The notes under the pieces: generated by a model | What the model was told of the DNA's origin: nothing | Seen by the model: only the letters and a program-made list of their open reading frames with translations | The model's database searches: none | Assembly (NCBI GenBank): GCA_965248535.1 | Contig: CBDFJR010000002.1 | Coordinates: 1,600,001-1,664,000, forward strand | Reading direction: 5' to 3' | Origin: Phormidesmis sp. | Lineage (GTDB): Bacteria; Cyanobacteriota; Cyanobacteriia; Leptolyngbyales; Leptolyngbyaceae | Length of the DNA stretch: 64,000 nucleotides | In this document: positions 52,224 to 62,695 of the stretch, one piece after another | Layout of the letters: each line of letters opens with the position of its first letter | Numbering within the stretch: the first letter of the stretch is position 1 | Translations under genes and position numbers: made by a program

Positions 52224-53006
52224 TTAATGAACGATCGCCGCAGGGTGTAGGGAAATCTCAATGCGATCTCCGGGTTTAGGTTCTAAAACTTTAATGTCCA
52301 GATTGTTTTCAGCTAGCTTAGTGCGAAACTCGTCAGGGCTGCCGATCGCTTTCAGCATTGAGAGCAGCCATCCGTCAAACAAGATATCGCCCCCCGCCGC
52401 CGTCGGCAACATGACTTGAGGATGTACTGCTTGCGCTAGTTTTAATGCGCTTTCAGTGCCTTTGATGATCGAACCCACGATCGGGAGCGCTAAATCGATT
52501 AATGGAGTAATCACCACCTCGATCGGAGCATTCTCGCTTAAGGTTGGTGCATGAAACCCGTGCGGCTCATAATAAAGTTTGACTCCGCTCGTCAACTCTT
52601 TGAGCAAATAACCGTTTTCTTGCACCATCGGCCCCAAAGGAGAACCCGGCGTTGCCTGAATCGTCAGGTGATCTGAGGTGAAAGTCTCACCGTGCTTGAG
52701 GGCAGTCACTTGAGAAAACCCCAACTGTCTAGCGACAGCGGCGGCACTGGGCGAACCCACTACAGGAATCGATTTATCTAGCCGCTTTAGCGTTTCTGGG
52801 TGAGCATGGTCTTCTAAACCCTGCGACAGCAAAATCAAGTCTAGAGACTCAGGGAGCGATCGCTCTTGGTGGCGATAGCCCCTAAATAACCAAGTGAGAT
52901 TTCCAAAGGTCAGGTCGCCCACGAGCCAAGGGTCAAGCAAGATGCGCTTTCCGGCCAGTTCAATCAGCCAAGAGTTGCTGTCTAACCAGGTTAAATACAT
53001 CATCAA
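52224..53006 (-). CDS. MBL-fold metallo-hydrolase
   Basis: TWLDSNSWLIE...ILLDPWL, LLSQGLEDHAH, YYEPHG. Confidence 0.87.
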   Translation of the reverse strand: MMMYLTWLDSNSWLIELAGKRILLDPWLVGDLTFGNLTWLFRGYRHQERSLPESLDLILLSQGLEDHAHPETLKRLDKSIPVVGSPSAAAVARQLGFSQVTALKHGETFTSDHLTIQATPGSPLGPMVQENGYLLKELTSGVKLYYEPHGFHAPTLSENAPIEVVITPLIDLALPIVGSIIKGTESALKLAQAVHPQVMLPTAAGGDILFDGWLLSMLKAIGSPDEFRTKLAENNLDIKVLEPKPGDRIEISLHPAAIVH

Positions 53007-53071
53007 AATCCAGATCAGCAGTGACTTCTAGATCTTAAAGGATGGTTGCGAACTATGAATATTTGTGGGGT

Positions 53072-53269
53072 CTACACGTCTACTTTGAGGTTTTCGCCCA
53101 TTGTGACGACGCGATCGCCCTTAATCAGTTTCCGTCCCCGTCTCGTCTCGATCTGCCCATTCACCTTGACCTCTCCGGCTTGAATGAGCATTTTTGCTTG
53201 CCCGCCACTTTCCACGATGCCCTTCATTTTTAGGAATTGGTCAAGCTTAATTGGTTCGTCAGTTGCCAT
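53072..53269 (-). CDS. S4-like RNA-binding protein (YaaA/YbcJ family)
   Basis: IKLDQFLK, SGGQAK, VNGQIETRRGRKL; ATG 53269. Confidence 0.92.
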   Translation of the reverse strand: MATDEPIKLDQFLKMKGIVESGGQAKMLIQAGEVKVNGQIETRRGRKLIKGDRVVTMGENLKVDV

Positions 53270-53486
53270 GATCAAGTGCTCAGTGATTAAAGATTGGGGA
53301 TTGACCACAAATCTACTTTCACTCTAATCTGATTTTCTTTTAATCGATAGAGTTTAGGGTTGGTTTAAACAATTAGCACCGTTGCCTCGTTATGATAAAT
53401 AAAAGCTTTTTGAACTGATTTTTTGAATGCTCTGATCAAAGGTTTTGCCGAGACTTTGCGCTGACGGCAGTTTTACGGTCTAGAAG

Positions 53487-53873
53487 GTGCATCGGATGCT
53501 CAACGCTTTATCTGACCCTAGCAATGCGGCAGCGATCGTCGAATTGGTGGATGTCTCTGTCGTGACTCAGCCCCAAGGTTTGGACGACCTGCCCGCGCAG
53601 TTGGGGCATCGCAATCTTGCTGTTGAAGAAATTCTGGTTAACCCTTGGAAAAATGCTCCAATCGCCGTTCGTCTTAAGTCTGCTCCGGTTTGCATTGACC
53701 ATGCGGCTCCGCTGTCTCCGTTGCGCGATCGCGATCTCATCGCGCTTGACGAATTCTTCGATCGCGACGATTTGCCCGATTTAGAGCAAGATGTCAATCG
53801 CCATTTGCTGCGCCTATTTCCTGAACCGTGTTGGGAAGACAAGCTGAGTTTTTTGAAAGACTTTCTCTCTTGA
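53487..53873 (+). CDS. Hypothetical protein
   Basis: 128-aa ORF filling the gap, host-like composition with HIP1; no recognised motif; start may be ATG 53496. Confidence 0.6.
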   Translation: MHRMLNALSDPSNAAAIVELVDVSVVTQPQGLDDLPAQLGHRNLAVEEILVNPWKNAPIAVRLKSAPVCIDHAAPLSPLRDRDLIALDEFFDRDDLPDLEQDVNRHLLRLFPEPCWEDKLSFLKDFLS

Positions 53874-53891
53874 TCTTTGAGGTTTGAATAA

Positions 53892-53928
53892 GTTTTGAGT
53901 TTTGAGTTTTGAGTTTTGAGTTTTTGAG
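53892..53928 (+). repeat. Short tandemly repeated heptamer (STRR-like), GTTTTGA x4 plus one variant
   Basis: GTTTTGA at 53892, 53899, 53906 and 53913, then GTTTTTGAG. Confidence 0.9.
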
Positions 53929-53985
53929 TGTGACTATTAGGAAAGGTTTTTGCGCTTCAGTGACCTTTCTTAAGTCAAATCTTTT

Positions 53986-55425
53986 ATGTCTGCATTGCCC
54001 GAATTAATCAACGGTTTACCCAATATTTGTGGTCACGAGGCGGCGATCGCGGCTTCGCTTCAGCCCGATCGCCCGGTGTTTTTGCCCAAAACCAACTTGC
54101 GATTAGAGTCTCTCTCGGCGACCTTCTCGATCGCGCTCCATATGCACCAACCGACCATTCCAGCCGGGTTGGATGGGTCGCCGATCAGCAATTTGCAGCA
54201 GATGTTCGAGCATCCCTACGAGGGCGACAATCACAATGCGGCTCCCTTTGCCTGGTGCTATGCGCGCATGGGTGACTTCATTCCTGAGTTGGTGGCTCAG
54301 GGCTGCAATCCGCGAGTCATGCTTGACTATTCGGGCAATCTGCTTTGGGGGCTGCGGCAAATGGGGCGCGGCGATGTCTTAGACAATCTAAAGCGCATCA
54401 CCTGTGACGAAACCTATCAGCCCTATGTCGAGTGGCTGGGCACAATGTGGAGCCATGCGGTGGTGCCCTCGACTCCGATCGCTGATCTCAAACTCCACAT
54501 TCAGGCGTGGCAGCACCATTTCGCGGCGATCTTTGGCTGGGATGCCCTGGCACGAGTTAAGGGATTTTCACCGCCAGAGATGCACTTGCCCAATCACCCC
54601 GATACGCTCTACACCTTCATCCACGCGCTGAAAGAATGTGGCTATCGCTGGCTGCTCGTGCAAGAACACTCGGTTGAAACCCTGACCGGGCAAGCTCTAG
54701 ACTTTAAGCATTTGCCCCATCGGTTGGTGTCTCGCAACTCTCAAGGTGAGACAGTCAGCATTTCAGTTTTGATCAAAACTCAGGGATCAGATACCAAACT
54801 AGTGGCTCAGATGCAGCCTTATTATGAAGCTAAAACCCTCTCAAAACAGACGATATCAGGGGTGAACATTCCGGCGATCGTGACTCAGATAGGCGATGGC
54901 GAAAACGGCGGCGTGATGATGAATGAGTTTCCGGGCGCGTTCAAACGAGCTTGGCATGAAGTCGCAGCCGATCCCACCGTTGCCGGAGTTAACGGCACTG
55001 AGTATCTAGAACTGATCGCCGCCGCCGGGTGTCGCGAAGAAGATTTTCCGACCTGTCAAGCGATCGGGCAGCATTTAATCTGGCAAGAAGTCGATCCCAC
55101 ATCGGTCACACCCGCCGCAGTCGAGGCAGCGATCGCGCACCTGACCCAAACGCAGCCCAACTTTCACATGGATGGCGCATCTTGGACAAATCACCTCAGT
55201 TGGGTCGCGGGCTATGAAGCGGTTTTGACCCCGATGAACGACCTCAGCGCCCTCTTTCACAAAACGTTTGACGGGGCGGCAATCACTGACTCTGAAGATT
55301 ATCGTCAAGCCCTGCTCTATAATTTGCTGCTGCAAACCAGTTGTTTTCGCTATTGGGGTCAAGGCACTTGGACAGACTATGCCCAAGAACTCTATCGTCG
55401 CGGCAAAACTCTGCTCAAAGACTGA
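53986..55425 (+). CDS. Glycoside hydrolase family 57-like protein
   Basis: LHMHQP, GFSPPEM, DGENGG, QTSCFRYWG. Confidence 0.87.
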   Translation: MSALPELINGLPNICGHEAAIAASLQPDRPVFLPKTNLRLESLSATFSIALHMHQPTIPAGLDGSPISNLQQMFEHPYEGDNHNAAPFAWCYARMGDFIPELVAQGCNPRVMLDYSGNLLWGLRQMGRGDVLDNLKRITCDETYQPYVEWLGTMWSHAVVPSTPIADLKLHIQAWQHHFAAIFGWDALARVKGFSPPEMHLPNHPDTLYTFIHALKECGYRWLLVQEHSVETLTGQALDFKHLPHRLVSRNSQGETVSISVLIKTQGSDTKLVAQMQPYYEAKTLSKQTISGVNIPAIVTQIGDGENGGVMMNEFPGAFKRAWHEVAADPTVAGVNGTEYLELIAAAGCREEDFPTCQAIGQHLIWQEVDPTSVTPAAVEAAIAHLTQTQPNFHMDGASWTNHLSWVAGYEAVLTPMNDLSALFHKTFDGAAITDSEDYRQALLYNLLLQTSCFRYWGQGTWTDYAQELYRRGKTLLKD

Positions 55426-55533
55426 ATGAGTTAAGAAATTTTTTATACCAGGACTGTGATGGTTTGTTGTAACGTGGGGAGAATCCGCTCAGTTTGGCGT
55501 AACCTACGCTTAACAGTCCTGTGAGAGATTGGA

Positions 55534-55911
55534 ATGTTTGATTTCACACCCCTGTTTGAGTTTTCTCGAAGTCACTGCGTTGAGATTTGCGCTTTTTTGG
55601 TGCCTGCCAATCTTTTAGCAACGCTGCGAACGCTGCTTTTAACCGGATTCCGTCGTCCCGCGTCGCAAGTCTGGCTATCTACCTCGATCGCCACTTTTTT
55701 TGCCGGATTAATGGTGCTGCACGTCATGACCTGGCTGATCATTGGCGTGGTGATGGCTCCGACGTTTATTTTGCTAGGGCTGGGCAGTGTGTGTCTAGCC
55801 ACCAATCTCTGGGCAATCTTTGGGCGTGAAAGCTTAGCGCGGCTGCTCGTCGCAGTCTATAAATTTTGCACTAGAGTAGATTTGCCCGCTTTTCTGAATT
55901 TGCATGAGTGA
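55534..55911 (+). CDS. Hypothetical membrane protein
   Basis: Hydrophobic 125-aa ORF overlapping the next start. Confidence 0.75.
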   Translation: MFDFTPLFEFSRSHCVEICAFLVPANLLATLRTLLLTGFRRPASQVWLSTSIATFFAGLMVLHVMTWLIIGVVMAPTFILLGLGSVCLATNLWAIFGRESLARLLVAVYKFCTRVDLPAFLNLHE

Positions 55912-56671
55912 TCCCCGCGACAAAGCCCCCCGATCGAACTCAACACCTGACCCTGACGCTGAATCCTCTGAAGTAGACGATCCCTGGATTGACGATATCG
56001 TGCCCGATGCTCAAGAGTCTGGTCTACGCAGTCCTTATATCAGAAAGGTTGACCCGGCTAGTCCGATCGTGCTCGTCGAAACCGCATTTTTGGCCAGTGC
56101 CGCGAGTTTAATCTGGCTCGTCAACTCCTATTTTCCGATGGGGCCCATTTTGCAGGTTTTCTTTCCGGTGCCGATCGCGCTTGTCTATCTGCGCTGGGGC
56201 AATCGGGCCGCCTGGATGGGGGCTTTAGTGTCGGGCTTGCTGCTGTCAGTGCTGATCGGCCCGGTTCGCAGCATTCAGTTTGTGATGCCCTTTGGGGTAA
56301 TGGGCGTGCTGTTAGGCACCCTGTGGTATCGCCGCGCCAATTGGGCAACGTCTATCGCGATCGCCACTTTATTAGGCGTGTTTGGCACCTTCTTTCGCAT
56401 CTGGCTGCTGTCAATTTTGTCGGGCGATGACCTCTGGCTCTATGGCACCAATCAGATCACAGGCTTCTTAGAGTGGGGGTTTCTCAAACTCGGACTGTTG
56501 ATGCAGCCTTCTTTGCCGTTGGTGCAGGCGGTTGTCGTCGGAATGATTTTTGTCCAAAACATGATCTATTTGTTTGTGGTGCATATCGTGGCGTGGTTTT
56601 TGTGCGATCGCCTCAACACGCCAATTCCCCGCCCGCCCAACTGGGTGCAGGTGCTCTTAGACTCAGAATGA
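55904..56671 (+). CDS. DUF2232 family membrane protein
   Basis: VETAFLASAASLIW, PVPIALVYLRWG, GPVRS; multiple TMs; coupled to the cobT-like gene. Confidence 0.85.
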   Translation: MSDPRDKAPRSNSTPDPDAESSEVDDPWIDDIVPDAQESGLRSPYIRKVDPASPIVLVETAFLASAASLIWLVNSYFPMGPILQVFFPVPIALVYLRWGNRAAWMGALVSGLLLSVLIGPVRSIQFVMPFGVMGVLLGTLWYRRANWATSIAIATLLGVFGTFFRIWLLSILSGDDLWLYGTNQITGFLEWGFLKLGLLMQPSLPLVQAVVVGMIFVQNMIYLFVVHIVAWFLCDRLNTPIPRPPNWVQVLLDSE

Positions 56672-57780
56672 TTTCTATTTACACGCAGGATCGACAGGCC
56701 CAGCAGTGGCTTCAGCGCTATCGGGGACGATCGCCCCTATTTGCCTGCGTCTTAGGGTTCACCGAAACCGGACTGATTCCGGGAATCTCGGCCGCCGGGG
56801 CAACGCCTCACGATCGCCAATATACCGCGATCGCCGATGCCGAGTTTTTGGTCAATGGAGTGCAAGCCAGTCCTCAATATCCACTACCACCCTTGAATGC
56901 GGGTGCATCTCCAGTCTTAATCTCGCGTGCAGTAGTCGAGGCGCAATCGATCCCCGTGCAGTTAATCAATGCAGGCTTGCCTCAAAACCCACCCGTGGCA
57001 GCGATCGATCTCAACGGACAGCCTGCGCGATGTTTGAGCACGGGGCAAGCAATGGATCGAGCGATCGTCGAGCATTTATTTGAGCAAGGGCTGGTCTGGG
57101 GAGATAAATTATCGATTCAAGTCGCAGACAGCTATCTGATTTTGGGGGAATGCGTAGTGGGCGGCACGACAACGGCCCTAGCAGTTCTCACAGCATTGGG
57201 GATCAAAGCCTCTGGCAAAGTCAACAGCAGCCATCCGATCTGCAATCACGCTCAGAAGTGGGATCTCGTTCAACAAGGACTTTCACACCTTTCTGCCAGG
57301 AATGATCCCCTAGCGATCGTGGCCGCAGTCGGTGATCCCATGCAAATTGTGGTGGCTGGAATGGCGATCGCGGCGAGCCGCAGATGTGGCGTGCTGCTAG
57401 CAGGTGGAACGCAGATGTTAGCCGTCTATGCCCTGGCTCGGGCCATTGCTCAAGCCCGTGCCATACCCTGGGATCTCGAACAAATTATCATAGGCACCAC
57501 GCGCTGGGTGTCCGAAGATCCCACCGGAGACACCGTTGGTTTAGCCCAGGATCTCGGCTCTGTGCCTCTAATCGCCACTCAACTGAGCTTTGCCACCTCT
57601 CGCCACCCGCAGCTTCGGTCTTATGAGCAGGGATATGTCAAAGAGGGAGTCGGGGCAGGAGGGTGCGCGATCGCGGCTCACCTCTCGCAGAACTGGGGAC
57701 AAAGAGACCTATTGGCAGCGATCGAAACATTAGCCGATCGCCATCAAATCACAACCAATGAATCAAAAAAAGAGAGGTAG
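56668..57780 (+). CDS. cobT: Nicotinate mononucleotide-dependent phosphoribosyltransferase, CobT-like (TIGR00303/UPF0284)
   Basis: GFTETGLIPGISAAG, TAIADAEF, ECVVGGTTTA, LAGGTQM, YEQGYVKEGVGAGG; ATGA overlap at 56668-56671. Confidence 0.85.
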   Translation: MISIYTQDRQAQQWLQRYRGRSPLFACVLGFTETGLIPGISAAGATPHDRQYTAIADAEFLVNGVQASPQYPLPPLNAGASPVLISRAVVEAQSIPVQLINAGLPQNPPVAAIDLNGQPARCLSTGQAMDRAIVEHLFEQGLVWGDKLSIQVADSYLILGECVVGGTTTALAVLTALGIKASGKVNSSHPICNHAQKWDLVQQGLSHLSARNDPLAIVAAVGDPMQIVVAGMAIAASRRCGVLLAGGTQMLAVYALARAIAQARAIPWDLEQIIIGTTRWVSEDPTGDTVGLAQDLGSVPLIATQLSFATSRHPQLRSYEQGYVKEGVGAGGCAIAAHLSQNWGQRDLLAAIETLADRHQITTNESKKER

Positions 57781-57807
57781 GGAACAAGGCTCCCTTGCTC
57801 TGGTTTT

Positions 57808-58179
57808 TTAGTGAACTCTCTGGGACAAAAGTTGCTCTTCTAGCGCAGCAATGCGATTGTAAGCAGCCGTGAGTTGTGCAGTCAGTCGTTGGATTTGAAT
57901 CTCTGGAGAAAGCCCTTTTTCGCCGCCCTGCATCGAAGCCTCAGACGAGTGGTTGTCAACTAAAACATCTTTGTGTTCCATAGAGGGTGGCGTGATGCGA
58001 GTGCTTTGATAATAGCGCCCCGAACCGCCACCAAACGATGAAAAACCAGTGCCGTTATGAGAAGATGACCTGATTTCGGTGACAACCTGAGAGAGGTTGC
58101 CAGTCAACTGTTCAAGAACTTGATGTATCCCATCAATCTTGCCATTCATCGCATTAATTTGCTTTTGTAGCGTGTCCAT
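57808..58179 (-). CDS. Conserved cyanobacterial coiled-coil hypothetical protein
   Basis: EHKDVL.D and EIQIQRLTAQLTAAYNRIAALEEQLL heptads. Confidence 0.82.
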   Translation of the reverse strand: MDTLQKQINAMNGKIDGIHQVLEQLTGNLSQVVTEIRSSSHNGTGFSSFGGGSGRYYQSTRITPPSMEHKDVLVDNHSSEASMQGGEKGLSPEIQIQRLTAQLTAAYNRIAALEEQLLSQRVH

Positions 58180-58632
58180 CTATTGACCTAACTGCCCCTA
58201 CTTTTGATACATCTCATAGTACGTGAGCAAATCTGATCTAGGGGAGATAGTCCTGAATCATTTAACGTTTGATGAAGAGACCAAACCCATCCAGAAAAAC
58301 GACCTAGTTATTGATTTGAAAAATAGCTTAGAAACCAGACTGCAAACGCAAAATTTGGATTAAATTTGGCTTTGATTTCAAGTGTAGAGATCTTATTTGC
58401 CAAATGAACGATTTATCTCTAGTTTTATCCAAATATGAAATATCAAGAATTCGCAATTTAAATAAAGAATTAAGGGTTCGCATCAGATGCAGAGAAACGA
58501 GTGAGTTTTGCAAAACTAGGACTTCAGATCAGATGGTATGCTTTTAAAGGCGATCGCCCAAAACACGCTCTTCAGACTAAACAGCTTGGCTAGGGTTTGA
58601 GACCACTGAGTTGATGAATTTGAACAACGCGA

Positions 58633-59262
58633 ATGCTAACCTTTCAAGAATTTTTTGCCGTCTGCGCTGGATCTTGGACAACAGAGAGAACCTATCACTT
58701 TGTGCAAACCGGAGAGATTGAGCGGTCTTACACCGAGTTTCAAGTGCAGGCGCTAACCGACCCAGAAAAGCAGCGCATTCTAGACTCAGTGAGTCAATTT
58801 TCAGAGGCTCTCCAGATTGATTTGTCTAACCCAATCCCCACAGAAAACCCCTGCCCTGGCTTTGCGATCGCCTTCAACACCGTGTCCGACAAAGGCGAAC
58901 GGGTGGCTATGAGTCTCAACGCGCTATTTGTGCCTGAAGACTCTATGGCTGCGGTCGATTCATCTTCAAAACTGCCCCTGCCCTTGGCGGCTGAGGTGCC
59001 TGACGGTGACGTGATTCAGGGCTATTATCTGCGAGATGAAGGCTACTCAGAATCTGGGTCGATCGCGGGTCGATTTACCTATCAGCCCACCCGACAGACC
59101 TTAGAAATGACGACTTACTACTCACGATCGGTGGCGGTTGATCAGATGCGATTGCTTTCTCCCAATGTGCGCCTGCGAACGATCGTCACTTATCAGCGAG
59201 ATGACGGACAGATTCCTTCAGTGATGACGCTGATCGGGTTTGGGGTCGAGAAGAAAAACTAG
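58633..59262 (+). CDS. CpcS/CpeS-family phycobiliprotein lyase (CpcV-like paralogue)
   Basis: FQEFF...AGSWTTERTYH, GYYLRDEGYSE, TTYY....VDQMR....NVRLRT. Confidence 0.8.
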   Translation: MLTFQEFFAVCAGSWTTERTYHFVQTGEIERSYTEFQVQALTDPEKQRILDSVSQFSEALQIDLSNPIPTENPCPGFAIAFNTVSDKGERVAMSLNALFVPEDSMAAVDSSSKLPLPLAAEVPDGDVIQGYYLRDEGYSESGSIAGRFTYQPTRQTLEMTTYYSRSVAVDQMRLLSPNVRLRTIVTYQRDDGQIPSVMTLIGFGVEKKN

Positions 59263-59271
59263 GGGGAACTG

Positions 59272-60453
59272 ATGGAGCGACGATCGTTTATGACCGGGGC
59301 AGGAGCGCTGGCCCTAGGAACCTTGTTGACCGGATGTAATCGTCCAGATCAGGCAGCGCTAGCCGTTAGGCTGTTAAAACATTCGATTCCTGCTCCACTA
59401 GTGGGAGCCTTTAAAAAAAGCTTGCAGGGGCAGCAGGTCAACCTGGACTTTAAACCAGAGTCTCAGCTACAGGCGCTGTTTGCATTGCTGCAAGCCTGGA
59501 CGCAGCCTAGAAATCAGCCCCAGCCCCAGCCATGGCCGATCGAGATTCCGTTTTTAAGCCCACCCGCGACCGCGACTCCTGCTGATCTGGTCACGTTGGG
59601 TGATTATTGGTTAACCACCGCGATTCAGCAAAAGCTGATTCAGCCGCTTGACTCAAGCTTGTGGCCACAGTGGCCGCAGGTGCCCGCTAAATGGCGGGCG
59701 ATCGTGACTCGCAACCCGCAGGGCTTACCTGACCCCAAAGGCTCAGTCTGGGCGGCTCCCTACCGTTGGGGTAGCACCGTGATTCTCTATCGCACTGACC
59801 TCTTTCGCGAAAAAAACCTTCAGCTCCCGACCGATTGGAGCGATCTGTGGCGGGATGATCTGCGAGGACACATTTCGTTGCTCGACCAGCCGCGAGAGGT
59901 GATCGGTCTGACGCTGAAGCGGTTGGGCAAGTCTTACAACACGATCGACCTCAAAACCGTTCCGGCATTAGAAAGTGAACTAAAAACTCTACATCAGCAG
60001 GTCAAATTTTACAGTTCTGATAATTATCTACAGCCCTTGCTGTTGGGCGATACCTGGGTGGCGGTAGGGTGGTCTACTGACGCATTGCCTTTGATGCAGC
60101 GCAATCAGTCGATCGGGGCAGTCTTCCCGCCATCGGGGACGGCTCTTTGGTCAGATCTGTGGGTGCACCCGATCGCGAGTCAGCCCTCGCCCGCGTCGCA
60201 AGCGCTGCTCTCCCAATGGATCAATTTTTGCTGGAATCCTGACGTTGCGCCTCAATTGTCTTTGCTGAGTGACGCGGCATCGCCCATGCTTACCACTCTC
60301 AATGCCGCAACGTTTCCGCAGGCGTTACAAAAAAATCCTTTATTAGTGCCGTCGCAGGCCTCGCTCGATCGCAGTGAGTTTCTAGAACCCCTGCCTAACT
60401 CTACGGTTGAATCGTACCAGACCCTTTGGGCGAAAGTCCGTCAAACGAGCTAG
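59272..60453 (+). CDS. Polyamine (PotD/PotF-like) ABC substrate-binding lipoprotein with Tat signal
   Basis: MERRSFM...LLTGC; PYRWG, DWSDLW, LLDQPRE, GWSTD, GTALWSDLW. Confidence 0.85.
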   Translation: MERRSFMTGAGALALGTLLTGCNRPDQAALAVRLLKHSIPAPLVGAFKKSLQGQQVNLDFKPESQLQALFALLQAWTQPRNQPQPQPWPIEIPFLSPPATATPADLVTLGDYWLTTAIQQKLIQPLDSSLWPQWPQVPAKWRAIVTRNPQGLPDPKGSVWAAPYRWGSTVILYRTDLFREKNLQLPTDWSDLWRDDLRGHISLLDQPREVIGLTLKRLGKSYNTIDLKTVPALESELKTLHQQVKFYSSDNYLQPLLLGDTWVAVGWSTDALPLMQRNQSIGAVFPPSGTALWSDLWVHPIASQPSPASQALLSQWINFCWNPDVAPQLSLLSDAASPMLTTLNAATFPQALQKNPLLVPSQASLDRSEFLEPLPNSTVESYQTLWAKVRQTS

Positions 60454-61144
60454 AATGCCCTCGAAATCCCGCTTTGCCAGACGAGTCGAGCGATAGATTG
60501 CACACGATCGTAGGAGCCAAAGCCGAAATCGATAGGTTGGCTGACGCGACTTTCACCCCCCGATCGCCGGGTTCTCTGGTTGCAACTCCGCGGGCTGCAA
60601 AATCACAGGTGTAGGCGGCTAACAGCCCTCCTTGGCGGCTAAAGACCCGCATGTTGTAGCCATAGCCACTGGCAACCGTGCCAATCTGCTGAACAAAGTC
60701 ATACCGATCTAAATAATCTAGTAGGCTCCAGACTTGTTGATTGACGATAAAATCAACTCGGTTGGTGCGATCGGCTTGACCAGGACAGGCCAGCCAGCTA
60801 TCTAGCAACTTGCCGCCAAACTGAGGCTGTGCCGAGATTTGATCTCGGGCCCACCAAAAACTAGGAGTCGTGAGATTGGCTTGAGAAATGGTTTGGTCTG
60901 TCACCCCCGCAGTCGCTGCTCTGTCACACCGACCCTGCTGAACTTGACTGAAGTCGAGGGGTTCTAAAGACGGCTGTAGGTCGGCTTGAGCAGAGAGATA
61001 AGCGGTGAGATTTAGAGACGTTTCGGCGGCGATCGCTGGCCCGCTGGCCCCGCTCGCCACCGCGAGCAAACTCAGGCCCATCAGTGCTTTTGACCAAGCT
61101 GCTAAAGTCTGGAACGATCGGGGAAGGGACTTGCTTTGATTCAT
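60401..61144 (-). CDS. Hypothetical secreted protein
   Basis: Signal-peptide-like N-terminus; PSFWWA, VNQQVWSLLDYLDRYDFV, YGYN.RVF, YTC. Confidence 0.78.
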   Translation of the reverse strand: MNQSKSLPRSFQTLAAWSKALMGLSLLAVASGASGPAIAAETSLNLTAYLSAQADLQPSLEPLDFSQVQQGRCDRAATAGVTDQTISQANLTTPSFWWARDQISAQPQFGGKLLDSWLACPGQADRTNRVDFIVNQQVWSLLDYLDRYDFVQQIGTVASGYGYNMRVFSRQGGLLAAYTCDFAARGVATREPGDRGVKVASANLSISALAPTIVCNLSLDSSGKAGFRGHSSSFDGLSPKGSGTIQP

Positions 61145-61302
61145 GCACCCAAAACTCGTGTAGAACTATAACGACTGCGAGATCGTGCGATCGCTCTCTC
61201 CATCATAGTCAGGAGGTCGATCGGTGCCCATCCATTCCCTAGTTTAAAACGCTGGCATAATACGCGCATGAAGCGGTCTTCACCTTCCTTAAAATAAGTC
61301 CT

Positions 61303-61719
61303 ATGAATGATCCTTTTCGCCGTTTAAAATTCCTTCCGTGGATCTCGTTACTTCAGATTTCCTTAATTACGGTGTTGATGGCGATCGCCTTTGATGTTTT
61401 GCTAGCTCGGATTGCGGCCTCGGTGCCTGTGATTTTAAACCTTTTGAGCAAGCTGCTGGTTTCTCCGATCGGGGTATTGCTCGATCTCGCCATCCCAGTT
61501 GGGATCGGGGCCCTGTCCGTCGCCGTTTTAGAACGCTGGTTTCGGCAAGTGATCATCACCAATTCAACGCTGTGGGCCCTCGTTCCCTGCGTGGCGCTGT
61601 GGCTGCTGCTCAGATCATTTGTGCCGCTTCCCACGGTGCTGATTCCTGATATCAATATTGTCTCGCTAGCCGGAGTTGTCGTCGGCGTTTTTTGGAAGGG
61701 ACGACCCTATTGGCGATAG
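61303..61719 (+). CDS. Hypothetical membrane protein
   Basis: DPFRRLKFLPW...WKGRPYWR with about four TM helices. Confidence 0.8.
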   Translation: MNDPFRRLKFLPWISLLQISLITVLMAIAFDVLLARIAASVPVILNLLSKLLVSPIGVLLDLAIPVGIGALSVAVLERWFRQVIITNSTLWALVPCVALWLLLRSFVPLPTVLIPDINIVSLAGVVVGVFWKGRPYWR

Positions 61720-61807
61720 CGAGGTGGCAAATTTCTTAAACGACTCACTGATGATGGGTTCAGTCCATCTCTCAATCATCTCTACTGTCAGAAATGTCTC
61801 CTAAATT

Positions 61808-62665
61808 ATGCTGGTTAGCCCAACTGCAACGCTTCTGATCTCTTGCCCTGACCAAAAAGGATTGGTCGCTAAAATCGCGAACTTTGTTTACTCAAATGGG
61901 GGCAATATCATTCATGCCGATCAGCATACTGACTTTTCTGCGGAGTTGTTTTTGGCTCGCGTTGAGTGGCAGTTAGATGGGTTTAACTTGCCCCGCGATG
62001 TGATTGAGCCAGCTTTTAGAGCGATCGCGCAACCCCTAAATGCCAGATGGCAGATTCATTTCTCTGACACGGTGCCTCGCATTGCGGTTTGGGTGAGTCG
62101 TCAGGATCACTGTTTGTTTGACTTAATTTGGCGACAGCGCGCTAAAGAGTTCACCGCCGAGATTCCATTAATCATCAGCAACCACGAAAATTTAAGCGCG
62201 ATCGCGGCTCAATTTGACATCGCCTTTCAACACATTCCGATCACTCAAGACACCAAACCTCAGCAAGAAATTAAGCAGCTAGCGCTTTTGCGGCAATACA
62301 AAATAGATCTCGTGGTGTTAGCTAAATATATGCAGGTTTTGAGTTCAGATTTTGTGTCTCAATTTCCTAATATCATTAACATTCACCACTCATTTTTACC
62401 CGCATTTGCAGGGGCAAATCCCTATCAAAGAGCTTACGAACGAGGCGTTAAAATCATTGGAGCAACGGCTCATTATGTGACAGCAGACTTAGACGAAGGG
62501 CCGATTATTGAGCAAGATGTGGTGCAGGTCAGTCACCGAGATGATGTGAATGATCTGATTCGCAAAGGCAAAGATTTGGAGCGAGTCGTGTTGGCCAGAG
62601 CCGTGCGATCGCACCTCCAAAATCGCGTTTTGGTCTATGGAAATCGCACGGTGGTGATTGGCTAA
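61808..62665 (+). CDS. purU: Formyltetrahydrofolate deformylase
   Basis: ACT domain CPDQKGLVA, LAKYMQVL, INIHHSFLPAF, GATAHYVT..LDEGPIIEQ. Confidence 0.97.
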   Translation: MLVSPTATLLISCPDQKGLVAKIANFVYSNGGNIIHADQHTDFSAELFLARVEWQLDGFNLPRDVIEPAFRAIAQPLNARWQIHFSDTVPRIAVWVSRQDHCLFDLIWRQRAKEFTAEIPLIISNHENLSAIAAQFDIAFQHIPITQDTKPQQEIKQLALLRQYKIDLVVLAKYMQVLSSDFVSQFPNIINIHHSFLPAFAGANPYQRAYERGVKIIGATAHYVTADLDEGPIIEQDVVQVSHRDDVNDLIRKGKDLERVVLARAVRSHLQNRVLVYGNRTVVIG

Positions 62666-62695
62666 CGGTTAGATTTTTTCTGATGAAGTAAATCA

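Noticed and set aside
53892..53928. Tandem repeat as a CRISPR array
   Set aside because: 7-bp units without spacers; no cas genes in the window
60401..60453. Convergent 3' overlaps (also 43488-43510 and 50634-50637)
   Set aside because: Short tail-to-tail overlaps are common in compact bacterial genomes; nothing indicates regulation
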